Shown one piece after another: positions 15,980 to 24,941 of a stretch of 48,898 nt of DNA. The stretch covers positions 1 to 48,898 of IMG/VR virus record IMGVR_UViG_3300031622_000002. One strand, written 5' to 3'. The notes under the pieces were generated by a model. The model was given only the letters and a program-made list of their open reading frames with translations, ran no database searches and had not been told where the DNA came from. The translations under genes and the position numbers were made by a program. This DNA comes from a virus. The first letter of the stretch is position 1. Every line of letters starts with the position of its first letter.

Positions 15980-17856
15980 TGGATCAGTATCAACAGTTTA
16001 TACACAAGAGCCGCTACGCACGTTGGATTCCAGAGCATACTCGCAGAGAAACATGGAGCGAAACAGTCTTTCGTTATGTTTCATTCTGGAGAGATCGTGA
16101 GCAGATTACAGTAAGAGAAGGACAGAAACTATATGATGCTATCCACAACCTAGAAGTCATGCCCTCTATGCGTTGTATGATGACAGCCGGAGTAGCCCTA
16201 GATAAAGATAACGTAGCAGGGTTCAACTGTAGCTACTTGCACATTGATTCTCCGCGATCCTTTGATGAGTTGATGTATGTTCTTATGTGCGGCACAGGTG
16301 TAGGCTTTAGTGTTGAGCGTAACTTTATCAACAAGCTACCTGAGATTGCAGAGTCCTTTCACAAAACCGACAGCGTTATTGTTGTGTCCGACAGTAAGAT
16401 TGGTTGGGCTTCTGCGTTTCGTGAGTTGATCGCCATGCTGTACGCAGGTAAGATACCTCAGTGGGATGTCAGTAGGGTACGAGGGTCAGGCGAACGCCTT
16501 AAAACCTTTGGTGGTCGTGCATCAGGCCCAGAGCCTTTGGTAGATTTGTTTAACTTCTGTATTGAAATCTTTCAGAAAGCTAAGGGCCGTAAGCTAACAA
16601 GCATTGAGTGTCACGATATTGTATGTAAGGTTGCAGACATTGTAGTTGTTGGCGGTGTCAGACGTTCAGCATTAATAAGCTTGTCTAATTTATCTGATCA
16701 GCGTATGGCTAAAGCTAAGTCAGGAGATTGGTGGAGAACTGAAGGTCAACGCGCACTGGCTAACAACAGCGTGGCGTACACAGAAAAGCCTGACTTTGAA
16801 TCGTTCCTGTCAGAGATGCAGACCATGTATGAATCTAAAGCAGGTGAGCGTGGTATCTTTAGTCGCGTAGCGGCACAGAAGATTGCAGGTCGAAACGGAC
16901 GTAGAGACGTAGAGCATGACTTTGGAACCAATCCTTGCAGTGAGATAATTCTACGCAGTAATCAATTCTGTAATCTATCTGAGGTGGTAGTACGTGCTGA
17001 CGATACTTTAAAGACTCTTAAAGCTAAGGTAGAAACAGCCGCCATCATCGGCACACTGCAAGCAACACTCACTGACTTCCGGTACTTGCGGAATGTATGG
17101 AAGCGTAACACAGAAGAAGAAGCACTGTTAGGTCTAAGCATGACAGGCATTATGGATCACCCTGTTATCGGAACAGCGTCAGATAAAACCGCAGAATGGT
17201 TGGAGGAACTAAAGAATGTGGCTGTTAAAACAAACAAGAAGTGGGCTGAGAAGCTTGGCATTAATCAGTCTGTCGCTATTACATGTGTTAAGCCAAGTGG
17301 TACAGTCTCTCAGCTTGTTGATAGTGCTTCTGGGATACACCCTCGTTTCTCTAAGCACTACATTAGGAGGGTTCGTAGCGATAAGAAAGACCCACTTGCA
17401 GTCTTTATGGAGCAAGCAGGATTCCCAGTAGAGCAGGATGTAATGTCGCCTAGTTCCTCTGTGTTTAGTTTTCCTGTACAAGCTCCCAAGGCCAGTACAA
17501 CAGTTAAACAAGTTGGAGCTATGCAACAGTTAGCTCTGTGGAAGTCTTATCAGAACCACTGGTGTGAACACAAACCAAGCATCACGGTGTACTACACAGA
17601 CGATGAGTTCCTGCAAGTTGCTCAGTGGATATGGGATAACTTTGATATCTGTAGTGGCATTAGCTTGTTGCCTGTTAGTGACCATGTATATCAGCAAGCA
17701 CCCTATGAAGATATAGATGCTACTACATATAAAGAACTACTAGCGGCCATGCCAAAGGATGTTAACTGGGAAGACTTGGGGAACTTTGAACAGGAGGACA
17801 ATACCACAGGGTCACAAGAGTTAGCGTGTGTAGGTGGTGCTTGTGAAATCGTCTAA
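15979..17856 (+). CDS. Ribonucleotide reductase, single-subunit (probably class II, B12-dependent)
   Basis: 625 aa. Active-site loop GTNPCSEIILRSNQFCNLSEV. C-terminal Cys pair CVGGACEI. No nrdB-like partner gene anywhere in the genome. Confidence 0.8.
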   Translation: MDQYQQFIHKSRYARWIPEHTRRETWSETVFRYVSFWRDREQITVREGQKLYDAIHNLEVMPSMRCMMTAGVALDKDNVAGFNCSYLHIDSPRSFDELMYVLMCGTGVGFSVERNFINKLPEIAESFHKTDSVIVVSDSKIGWASAFRELIAMLYAGKIPQWDVSRVRGSGERLKTFGGRASGPEPLVDLFNFCIEIFQKAKGRKLTSIECHDIVCKVADIVVVGGVRRSALISLSNLSDQRMAKAKSGDWWRTEGQRALANNSVAYTEKPDFESFLSEMQTMYESKAGERGIFSRVAAQKIAGRNGRRDVEHDFGTNPCSEIILRSNQFCNLSEVVVRADDTLKTLKAKVETAAIIGTLQATLTDFRYLRNVWKRNTEEEALLGLSMTGIMDHPVIGTASDKTAEWLEELKNVAVKTNKKWAEKLGINQSVAITCVKPSGTVSQLVDSASGIHPRFSKHYIRRVRSDKKDPLAVFMEQAGFPVEQDVMSPSSSVFSFPVQAPKASTTVKQVGAMQQLALWKSYQNHWCEHKPSITVYYTDDEFLQVAQWIWDNFDICSGISLLPVSDHVYQQAPYEDIDATTYKELLAAMPKDVNWEDLGNFEQEDNTTGSQELACVGGACEIV

Positions 17857-18079
17857 CGGCAAGGAAGCCAACATCATAGGCTTTAAAGTCTTAATCAACT
17901 GTGAAGGGAATGTCGTGACAGAAATGTCCGGCATACCCCTCAGTGAGTTGTCAAGTGTTTTGAAGGGGGATGAATTGGCTATTATAAGAAACATTGTACA
18001 ACTTACGAAACAAAAACTAGAGCCGATCCATTCTTTTTTAGAAGACGAACTAAACGCTTTAAACCATCAAGTTTTATAA
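17834..18079 (+). CDS. Hypothetical protein (start uncertain: GTG 17834/17843 or ATG 17924)
   Basis: 81-aa ORF overlapping the RNR stop. AGGTGG precedes GTG 17843. Confidence 0.35.
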   Translation: MVLVKSSNGKEANIIGFKVLINCEGNVVTEMSGIPLSELSSVLKGDELAIIRNIVQLTKQKLEPIHSFLEDELNALNHQVL

Positions 18080-18095
18080 TTGAACAGGTACTAAC

Positions 18096-18602
18096 ATGTT
18101 AATAAAATTAAGTAGACAAGATGTACACACTTGCTCAGTAATGGGTGCTGATACTGTTAAGCTTTGTGAAATGCAAGGCTTCAGTCCACGGTTAAATAAC
18201 AAGAATCAATCTAGAGTTGAGGCTAACATTTACGGATTTAAAGCAGAGTTTGCAGTAGCTAGACTGTTTAATCTTGAACTGCCTACAATTAATGTAGTTA
18301 GTGACGGAGGAGTTGATTTGTGGTTTGATAATTATAGCATTGATGTTAAGTTTAATAACTCAGAACACGGTAAACTTATATTTGACAACATAACAAAGTT
18401 TAAATCACAAATAGCTGTACTTGTAGGACGTACTGAAGACCCAAATATTATGCGTGTCAATGGATGGGTAAGTCGAAAAGACTTTGAAACTAAACGCTAT
18501 GAACATGATTTTGGATACGGAGATAGGTTAGTTATGAACCATGATGACTTAGCCCCTATAGAAACTTTGTGGGCTAAGCTTATGGCTATTAAATTTAAAT
18601 AA
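18096..18602 (+). CDS. Hypothetical protein with PD-(D/E)XK-like motif arrangement; last gene of the plus arm
   Basis: 168 aa. GFKAEFAV ... SDGGVDLWF ... SIDVKF gives an E / D / DxK spacing typical of restriction-endonuclease-fold nucleases. Visibly AT-rich. Confidence 0.45.
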   Translation: MLIKLSRQDVHTCSVMGADTVKLCEMQGFSPRLNNKNQSRVEANIYGFKAEFAVARLFNLELPTINVVSDGGVDLWFDNYSIDVKFNNSEHGKLIFDNITKFKSQIAVLVGRTEDPNIMRVNGWVSRKDFETKRYEHDFGYGDRLVMNHDDLAPIETLWAKLMAIKFK

Positions 18603-18632
18603 CTATTACTTAATTTTGTTAGCTTTAGTACT

Positions 18633-18887
18633 CTATTTTTTACTTTTAGCACCTGAACACTTCCAACGCTTGCGAGATAAGTTGTTAGGAGTGTTCGGGT
18701 CATTTTGTTTTTTCTTAGATAAACCCTTCTTGATTCCTAAACTTCTGGCACAGTAGCTGTCACCTTTAGATGTCCCTGCACGTACTCTAGGCCCACCACC
18801 TTTTGCCTTTCCTGCTTGACCATAGCTAACCTTCTTTCCACTAGCTGTAACTTTTACTTTTGCTTTACCTTTTCTGGGAGTAGCCAT
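18633..18887 (-). CDS. Small lysine/arginine-rich protein (84 aa), last gene of the late arm
   Basis: MATPRKGKAKVKVTASGKK...SRKRWKCSGAKSKK. About 30% K+R. Start lies 2 nt after the previous stop. Confidence 0.6.
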   Translation of the reverse strand: MATPRKGKAKVKVTASGKKVSYGQAGKAKGGGPRVRAGTSKGDSYCARSLGIKKGLSKKKQNDPNTPNNLSRKRWKCSGAKSKK

Positions 18888-18889
18888 GT

Positions 18890-19132
18890 TTAGACCCTAT
18901 ATTTTTTAGTTTTCTTTGCAATCTTCTTAGGCTGTGCGCTGTGTTGCTTACCTGCTTTTGTGTCTTTCTTTTTCTTTTTAGTTGTTGCGGCATACTGTGC
19001 AGGTGTCAAAGCGTTTATAGCCGCTTTAGGCAGATAACGCTCACCAGTTTTAGCACTAGGCTTACCTGACTTAGTAGTCCACTTTTGTTTTGTCCAATCC
19101 TTTAAAGACTTTTGAGATTTTGCAAGCGCCAT
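18890..19132 (-). CDS. Small lysine-rich protein (80 aa)
   Basis: MALAKSQKSLKDWTKQKWTTKSGKPSAKTGERYLPKAAINALTPAQY...KKKKKD... About 30% K+R. TAATG coupling to the upstream ORF. Confidence 0.6.
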   Translation of the reverse strand: MALAKSQKSLKDWTKQKWTTKSGKPSAKTGERYLPKAAINALTPAQYAATTKKKKKDTKAGKQHSAQPKKIAKKTKKYRV

Positions 19133-19305
19133 TATTTTTTCTTCCTTGCTTTTTTCTTAGCGGTATCGGACAAGTCCTTTAAATGAAATAGTTTTACACT
19201 CGTCTTAGTGTGGGACTTGTTAGTGTGCAAAGAACCATCAGGCATTTTGTGAGTGCCTCCTGTGTGTAGTGTACCGTCTTTCTTATAATGATTAACGCCT
19301 TTCAT
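19132..19305 (-). CDS. 57-aa His/Lys-rich mini-protein with duplicated H-x3-DG(T/S)LHT motif
   Basis: Manual translation: MKGVNHYKKDGTLHTGGTHKMPDGSLHTNKSHTKTSVKLFHLKDLSDTAKKKARKKK. ATGA overlap upstream and TAATG overlap downstream. Not in the ORF track (<60 aa). Confidence 0.5.
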   Translation of the reverse strand: MKGVNHYKKDGTLHTGGTHKMPDGSLHTNKSHTKTSVKLFHLKDLSDTAKKKARKKK

Positions 19306-19484
19306 TTGTAACCCCCTCCTTTTGCTTTGTATTCTTTAGCAAGCATCTGAGCCTTTCGTGCGCTCCACTGTCCTGCTTTGCCACCCTTAGTGCTTGCTTT
19401 AATTTTATTAAATAGATTCTTACGCATTGTAGGCTTAGTGTAGTTACCTGCTTTATTAACTGTTGACTTCTTCTTTGCGGCCAT
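19302..19484 (-). CDS. Small lysine-rich protein (60 aa) with GQWSARKAQ motif
   Basis: MAAKKKSTVNKAGNYTKPTMRKNLFNKIKASTKGGKAGQWSARKAQMLAKEYKAKGGGYK. 17 of 60 residues are K/R. Its start overlaps the holin stop by 1 nt. Confidence 0.6.
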   Translation of the reverse strand: MAAKKKSTVNKAGNYTKPTMRKNLFNKIKASTKGGKAGQWSARKAQMLAKEYKAKGGGYK

Positions 19485-19861
19485 TACCTGTCCCTCGCTA
19501 CTGATTTTGTTTTTTCTACTGTACGCATTGCTCCAAGACCTAACATTCCCATGAGTACACTTGTAAGAAGTGAGCTATCTACAGGAGGGACAGTAAACCA
19601 TATGCCCAGTATAGGTGCTAAGATTGTAGAGTACATTAAAGCAAATCCGCATATCCACCCAATCGCAGGTCTCCATCCAGAGACAAACAAACTCTTGTGT
19701 GCCGCCTCAACTTTGTTAACAGCTAACTGGCCCTTGGCTAATTCTTGAGCGTGTCGCTCTGCCATAGTACTGATCTCGTGGGCTAAGGCACTAGCTTGGT
19801 CTTTATCAACAATAAATTTGTTCAGTAATCCTGTTACTGGGCCTATTAGTTTATCTAACAT
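19484..19861 (-). CDS. Holin (3-TM holin family, PF11351-like)
   Basis: 125 aa. VNKVEAAHKSLFVSGWRPAIGWICGFALMY followed by further hydrophobic segments, matching my recollection of the 'holin of 3TMs' signature (EA...F..GWRP..GW). Lies in the lysis cluster. Confidence 0.7.
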   Translation of the reverse strand: MLDKLIGPVTGLLNKFIVDKDQASALAHEISTMAERHAQELAKGQLAVNKVEAAHKSLFVSGWRPAIGWICGFALMYSTILAPILGIWFTVPPVDSSLLTSVLMGMLGLGAMRTVEKTKSVARDR

Positions 19862-20106
19862 TATGGATATACCTCTGTAGTTTTAGGGTCTACGTATTTT
19901 GGCTCACAAAAAGCTGTCAGTGGGATTTTAAAAGCTTGGTTCCACTTGCTCGTACCGCTACCGCCACGGATGTTTTGAGTGCTTAGATTCCTAGAGAAAT
20001 AGATACACTGATGCATGTCAGCCCACGGCCCATACTGCTCTCTGGATTCTTCATAGCCTTCCGAATCCGTTAGAATTACAACGAGATAAAATACAAGCTG
20101 TTTCAT
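19861..20106 (-). CDS. Small protein with N-terminal hydrophobic leader, 2 Cys
   Basis: 81 aa. MKQLVFYLVVILTDSEG... with no lipobox Cys. ATGA overlap with the upstream ORF. Confidence 0.5.
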   Translation of the reverse strand: MKQLVFYLVVILTDSEGYEESREQYGPWADMHQCIYFSRNLSTQNIRGGSGTSKWNQAFKIPLTAFCEPKYVDPKTTEVYP

Positions 20107-20294
20107 TTTAGAACCTTCGCGTTGTTTTCAACCCACACTAGCTTGCAGATACACTGCGTAGGTTGATAGTTACGCTGTGCTTTAGAAAGCTGTTGGCACA
20201 TGTATCTACAGGCTTGAAGGTTTTTGTAGTACACAGTTTTACTTTCATCGACACTGCCGTTAAGAAAGAACAATAGTGCAAACGCCATCTTCAT
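20103..20294 (-). CDS. Small protein with N-terminal hydrophobic leader, 4 Cys
   Basis: 63 aa. MKMAFALLFFLNGSVDE... with Cys at CRYMC and CIC. No lipobox. Confidence 0.5.
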   Translation of the reverse strand: MKMAFALLFFLNGSVDESKTVYYKNLQACRYMCQQLSKAQRNYQPTQCICKLVWVENNAKVLK

Positions 20295-20295
20295 T

Positions 20296-20595
20296 TTACT
20301 TAGCCAACAACGCTTGGACTAAAGCTTGTATCTGTTCGTTCGTTTGCTCTTGAATTTTTTCCTGCCTAGCTAAAGATTCTACAATAGCTTCTACTTTAGT
20401 TTCAGTTACGGCTTGGTTCTGTCCGTTCTTCTGAGCGGCCTTAGCAGTTTCTTTAACGATAACTTCTATACGCTTTACGTCTGCTGTCGTAGCTTCTGCG
20501 TTAGCTTGGGCGGCTCCATAGCTTATAGCGCCTACAAAAAGACTAACTACTAGCGGCAACGCCCACGTTGGGATTGAGATTGTATTGTCTGACAT
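20296..20595 (-). CDS. Type II membrane protein with periplasmic coiled coil (i-spanin-like)
   Basis: 99 aa. N-terminal TM WALPLVVSLFVGAISYGAA, then a charged helical region. Directly downstream of the endolysin. Confidence 0.5.
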   Translation of the reverse strand: MSDNTISIPTWALPLVVSLFVGAISYGAAQANAEATTADVKRIEVIVKETAKAAQKNGQNQAVTETKVEAIVESLARQEKIQEQTNEQIQALVQALLAK

Positions 20596-20616
20596 GGATA
20601 TATCTCCTGTTTTAAA

Positions 20617-20967
20617 TTAATAACACCAACACATTGGTTCGGTTTTACGGATGTCTACGTGAACAAAAGACTTAGCTACACCCACTGACATGCCCATAGC
20701 TGACGCATGTTTAACAATTGCTAAACGCTGTGCGCCTCCAGAGACTTTGATGTCTGCGGCAATACCGGATGCATGGGTTCCTGCAATTTTTTTTGCTTTC
20801 TCTATGCTGTGGTTAGGGCTTCTGTAGCCACTTGTAATGTTAAACGGAAACCCACAGGCCGCTCTGAGTTGATCTAAAGCATGTATAAAATCAGCGTCCA
20901 TCTCGTTCTCGCCAGTTTCTTGGCAATCAAAGTCTGATAGGCTAAAGTATTTAAAATCATCTTTCAT
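20617..20967 (-). CDS. Endolysin, zinc peptidase M15 family
   Basis: 116 aa. SGYRSPNHS...GTHASGIAADI and FVHVD form the H/D/H zinc-ligand pattern of M15 peptidoglycan peptidases. Confidence 0.85.
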   Translation of the reverse strand: MKDDFKYFSLSDFDCQETGENEMDADFIHALDQLRAACGFPFNITSGYRSPNHSIEKAKKIAGTHASGIAADIKVSGGAQRLAIVKHASAMGMSVGVAKSFVHVDIRKTEPMCWCY

Positions 20968-23900
20968 TTATTTACAGTTCCTTCTTAGTTGGTTTAATAC
21001 TTTACCACCTGCGGCCATGTTCATTCTACGCATAGGATCGTCTTGATCCATGTACGCTGTCCCCGCACCCTCATTGTATGGCAACCCTGTGAGCTTGTTT
21101 ATACGCTCGTCAGGCTCAGAAGGTGCATTAGGTACAGGTGTGGATACTACGCCTCCTGTTGCTTTACCTAGCCTTTCGTATATATCGTCTTGATCATCAA
21201 AAGGGTCTTCAGTTTCTTCACCATATAACGACAGCCCTTTAAACTCTTTAAACACTGCCTCATATTCACGAGTAACTTTTTTAAGATGTTGGTAAGTAGA
21301 CTCATCCTTTTCTTTAGAAGCCTCTAAAACTTTTAAAATTCTTCCTTCCGCTTCTGGAGGCGCTGTAGGTTTAAATCTGCCCCTATATATATCTTGAATT
21401 GCAGGGCCGGACATTCCACTTTCTCTTAACATTTTTAAAGTTTTAGTACGTCCGTTAATAGAAGCATAAGCGCCTACTTTTCTAAACAGGTCTTGTTGAT
21501 ACTCATAGTTTTTACTTTGACGAGCTACATAATTGTCTAGCATTGACACAGCACTGTCTTTTCCAACTTTATAAATAGACTTTACATTAGCTCTTGTTAA
21601 TTTATTATAGTCAGAAACTGCAAACTTAATAGCTGAATCAGGGTCATGCTGAGTAATCCTAACTCCAGTTATGTTTGTTATAAACGCATTTTTATTTACT
21701 GGCCCTAGTTTTTCTAGCTCTTCTCCTGTGTAGGCATCTACATTATCCAAAAGTTTACGCAAACTTGTAACCGATCCAAGCTCAACTGAGTCATACAGCT
21801 GTTCTACAACAGCCATTAATTTTTTAGATGTATCCATGCTAGGCGGCAACAATATTTTTCCTTCGCTTGTTCTGCCTTCAGGCGAACGCATAGCCGCTAA
21901 TACATCTAGAGTCGCTTTAGTTGCAATAGACTCTGAAATAAAAGGAGTGGTAAGCGTTAGCATTGCGTCTGCTCCTGCTTTAAACATATACTCATCTAGC
22001 TGTTCACCTTTTAACTCGCCGTCTATAATTCTATCTAGTACAGCCAACACTGGTTCTTTAATAGTATTATATGAGTCTAAATACTTAGTAGATACCTTTG
22101 TAATTTCTCCGTTCTCTTTTCTATTCCAGATAAAGTTACTGTTTTTTTCGTACTTACCTTCAGCTAATTTTGTGTGATGATCTCTTTCTTCTGCTGACCA
22201 ACCCATTAAATCTGCTGACAGCTTAGATGCTTGACTTACGCCTACAGAAGCCGCTGTAAAACCCGAAAGTCTTCTAAGTCCTCTGTTCCTTAAAACAGCG
22301 TTTCCAGAATTTATTTCTTTACCCGCTTGTTTAACAATATGAAAACTTGTTCTTATTATTTCAGCAGGAAAGGAAATAAAATTACCTACAGGAAGGTAGT
22401 TTAATTTTTTTAACCCTTTAGTAACACGATCATAATTTGGAATAGTGTTTTGAATAATATCTGCGGCTTCTTTTTCTAAAACATCTATAGAGGCGTTAGG
22501 TCGTGCGTTCTTCAAAGTTTCTAGTTCATCTATAAAACCTGACATTTTAAAATAGTCATCAGTTGCCATGTAAGAATTTTCCATAAACTTCAAAACAGGA
22601 TTTTTCTCCATTAGTTTTTTGATGCTAGTAGTGCCGTAATCGCTACTAGATATTTTTATAAGCTCTCTAAATTGATTAACTTTTAAGTTAGTGTTAATAA
22701 CACCCAAGTCTACATACTTAGTATATATTTTATCTAACTCTTTATCGCCTTTGCCCTGCATGTTATTCCACAAAACTTTCATGTGGCCTCTGTTTTTAGA
22801 AAAAGGATTTAAAGCCGCAAGGTTTCCGTTAGCTATTGAAAACTGTGCGCCTCCTATTATGTTTCGCAGTCCTGTAACGTGGCTATATACAGTCTTAGAT
22901 GCCTGAGAGAATCCTTTATATTTTAAAAATACTTTGTAAGCTTCAGCGGCATTGTTATCATTTTGCAAAAATCCTAAAGTTTCTTCTTGTCTGTTTAAAA
23001 ACTTAGCTACTTCAGCCGTAGTAAACTTGCCGTCTAGAATAGAGTTAGTACCTACAATTTTAGTATCTAATCTTTTACTACGCACACCTTCACTTTTAGC
23101 ACCTTGTATATAACGTCCAGACTTTCCAAGTTGATTAGCTATTTGATAAAAGTTATTAACTTCGTGAATACGAGCGGCTTTAGTGACACTCAAAATAATA
23201 TTATCAGCAGGGTCTTTAATTTCACCTAAAAGTTTTCTAATGCTTTCTGGCATATCTTCAGTTTTTTTGTGAAACTTTCCAACCCGTCTAACTTGTGTAA
23301 GGTGATCAACAGTTTCTTTATCAGTAACTTTCTTTAAAATATCGTCTATGTCTTTTGTTGCAAGCCTCTCTGCTAACTCTGTAATTTTATCTTCGCTAAG
23401 GTTTTTACTCGTGCTACGCGCCCTGACCTCTGTTACTTTAGAGGGAAGAAGATCGTCAATAGCGTCTTGCTTTAAAACATTATCAAGTTTCCAGTTGTCT
23501 GGATCATCAAAAGCTCTATAAGACCTTCTTAAATATGTACCCATATTATTTTTAATAGCCTCTACAGTTTCTGTTTGAAACCCCTTTGTCCCTGCTATTT
23601 GCTTAGATAGTTTATCTATTAAAAAACGAGCATCTAAAATAGCGTCTGCTGTATCTACACTGATCCCTTTGTCTGTGCTTAATTTAAGTGCTTGTTTATC
23701 TAAATCAAGTTTCGTGTATTTAGATAAATCCATACCTAAGATGTCTTGCGCTTTTTCCATGTTAGCTTCTTTAGTAACCTTATCTGCAAAACTTTCAAAA
23801 GAATTATTTAAACGCCTAGCTATTTGTCCGGCTTCAACAAGAGTAGCTCGTTGTTGTGCTTGACTTTGATTAAAAAAAGCAAACATTTTAGGAGGCGCAT

Positions 23901-24939
23901 AGCCTCTTGAAGTAAAAAACTGTTGGCCGACTTGTTTTATTTTTGCTTTTGCAAGCTCCATTCCTTTTTTATTAGCTGACTGTTGCTTATAAATTTGATC
24001 AAGGTCTTCGGGAGTAGCTTCTAGAGCTTGTCTTTCAGTGGGCAGGTCGGCCCTGAAAGGAGCCTCTTCGCCTACTGCTCTTGCTTCTGCATCAACTCTG
24101 CGGCTACTTATTTTTGCAAGCTTTTCAGAGTCGCTAAATTCTTTTAAGCCTTTAACAACATCATCGGCTGTGGGGTTTTTAGCAGTCAGCATGTTTTTAA
24201 ACACAGGCGCGGCTTTAAACAAACCGTCAACAACAAGACCTAAACCCACATCGCCTATTAACATTTTAAGACGCTTAGAAGCTTGAGTGTCGTTTTCGTC
24301 TGCCTGTAAAGCTTGAATAACTGTGTTCTCTGTACCTTCTGGAAAAACGTCAGACACTACGTTAAACAGATTTTCATCTAAGTCAGTTAAAACCTGTGAA
24401 GTAGCCGCACCTGCCGCAGTGTATTGCACCATTTTAGGCACAGAACGAGACGCTAGTTTAGGAGCAAACTTCATTGCAAGCTTTGGTACGGCTTTAACTA
24501 ATGCTCCTGTTCCGGCAATGTATGGAACTATAGACGCAACTGTGCCTATTGCAGTTTCAGGAGCTTTAATTTTTCCTGTTAACGGATCAATGTCTTTAGA
24601 GCTATCAAGATATCCAAACCCTGCAAGGCGGCTAAGTTCTTTTTGCTTAGATAGGTTACCCATTTCGTCAAGTCCAAAAGCATCTCCCGGCAAGTAGTCA
24701 ATAAGACTTACAACATCTCGTTGAGTGTCAAGCAAGACGCGTTTTAAATCGGTAGCTACGCTAGGCGTTTCTTTTTCCTTATCAGCTTTAAAGTAGTTAT
24801 TAGCATCTTGAGCGGTTGCACTAATTTTAGGCTTATATTGAGACTTTGCATAATTAATAAGCTCTTCTTTAGTTGCATCTTCACCATGTTCTATAGTAAT
24901 GGTTTTTCCGTCTGGAAGTTCTATAGTTGTTTCAGCCAT
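20968..24939 (-). CDS. Large virion-associated (internal/ejection?) protein, 1323 aa
   Basis: Uninterrupted 3.97-kb ORF in the structural arm. No enzymatic motif recognised. N-terminus IELPDGKTITIEHGEDATKEELI. The C-terminus carries GG motifs (KATGGVV, MAAGGKV). Confidence 0.75.
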   Translation of the reverse strand: MAETTIELPDGKTITIEHGEDATKEELINYAKSQYKPKISATAQDANNYFKADKEKETPSVATDLKRVLLDTQRDVVSLIDYLPGDAFGLDEMGNLSKQKELSRLAGFGYLDSSKDIDPLTGKIKAPETAIGTVASIVPYIAGTGALVKAVPKLAMKFAPKLASRSVPKMVQYTAAGAATSQVLTDLDENLFNVVSDVFPEGTENTVIQALQADENDTQASKRLKMLIGDVGLGLVVDGLFKAAPVFKNMLTAKNPTADDVVKGLKEFSDSEKLAKISSRRVDAEARAVGEEAPFRADLPTERQALEATPEDLDQIYKQQSANKKGMELAKAKIKQVGQQFFTSRGYAPPKMFAFFNQSQAQQRATLVEAGQIARRLNNSFESFADKVTKEANMEKAQDILGMDLSKYTKLDLDKQALKLSTDKGISVDTADAILDARFLIDKLSKQIAGTKGFQTETVEAIKNNMGTYLRRSYRAFDDPDNWKLDNVLKQDAIDDLLPSKVTEVRARSTSKNLSEDKITELAERLATKDIDDILKKVTDKETVDHLTQVRRVGKFHKKTEDMPESIRKLLGEIKDPADNIILSVTKAARIHEVNNFYQIANQLGKSGRYIQGAKSEGVRSKRLDTKIVGTNSILDGKFTTAEVAKFLNRQEETLGFLQNDNNAAEAYKVFLKYKGFSQASKTVYSHVTGLRNIIGGAQFSIANGNLAALNPFSKNRGHMKVLWNNMQGKGDKELDKIYTKYVDLGVINTNLKVNQFRELIKISSSDYGTTSIKKLMEKNPVLKFMENSYMATDDYFKMSGFIDELETLKNARPNASIDVLEKEAADIIQNTIPNYDRVTKGLKKLNYLPVGNFISFPAEIIRTSFHIVKQAGKEINSGNAVLRNRGLRRLSGFTAASVGVSQASKLSADLMGWSAEERDHHTKLAEGKYEKNSNFIWNRKENGEITKVSTKYLDSYNTIKEPVLAVLDRIIDGELKGEQLDEYMFKAGADAMLTLTTPFISESIATKATLDVLAAMRSPEGRTSEGKILLPPSMDTSKKLMAVVEQLYDSVELGSVTSLRKLLDNVDAYTGEELEKLGPVNKNAFITNITGVRITQHDPDSAIKFAVSDYNKLTRANVKSIYKVGKDSAVSMLDNYVARQSKNYEYQQDLFRKVGAYASINGRTKTLKMLRESGMSGPAIQDIYRGRFKPTAPPEAEGRILKVLEASKEKDESTYQHLKKVTREYEAVFKEFKGLSLYGEETEDPFDDQDDIYERLGKATGGVVSTPVPNAPSEPDERINKLTGLPYNEGAGTAYMDQDDPMRRMNMAAGGKVLNQLRRNCK

Positions 24940-24941
24940 AA

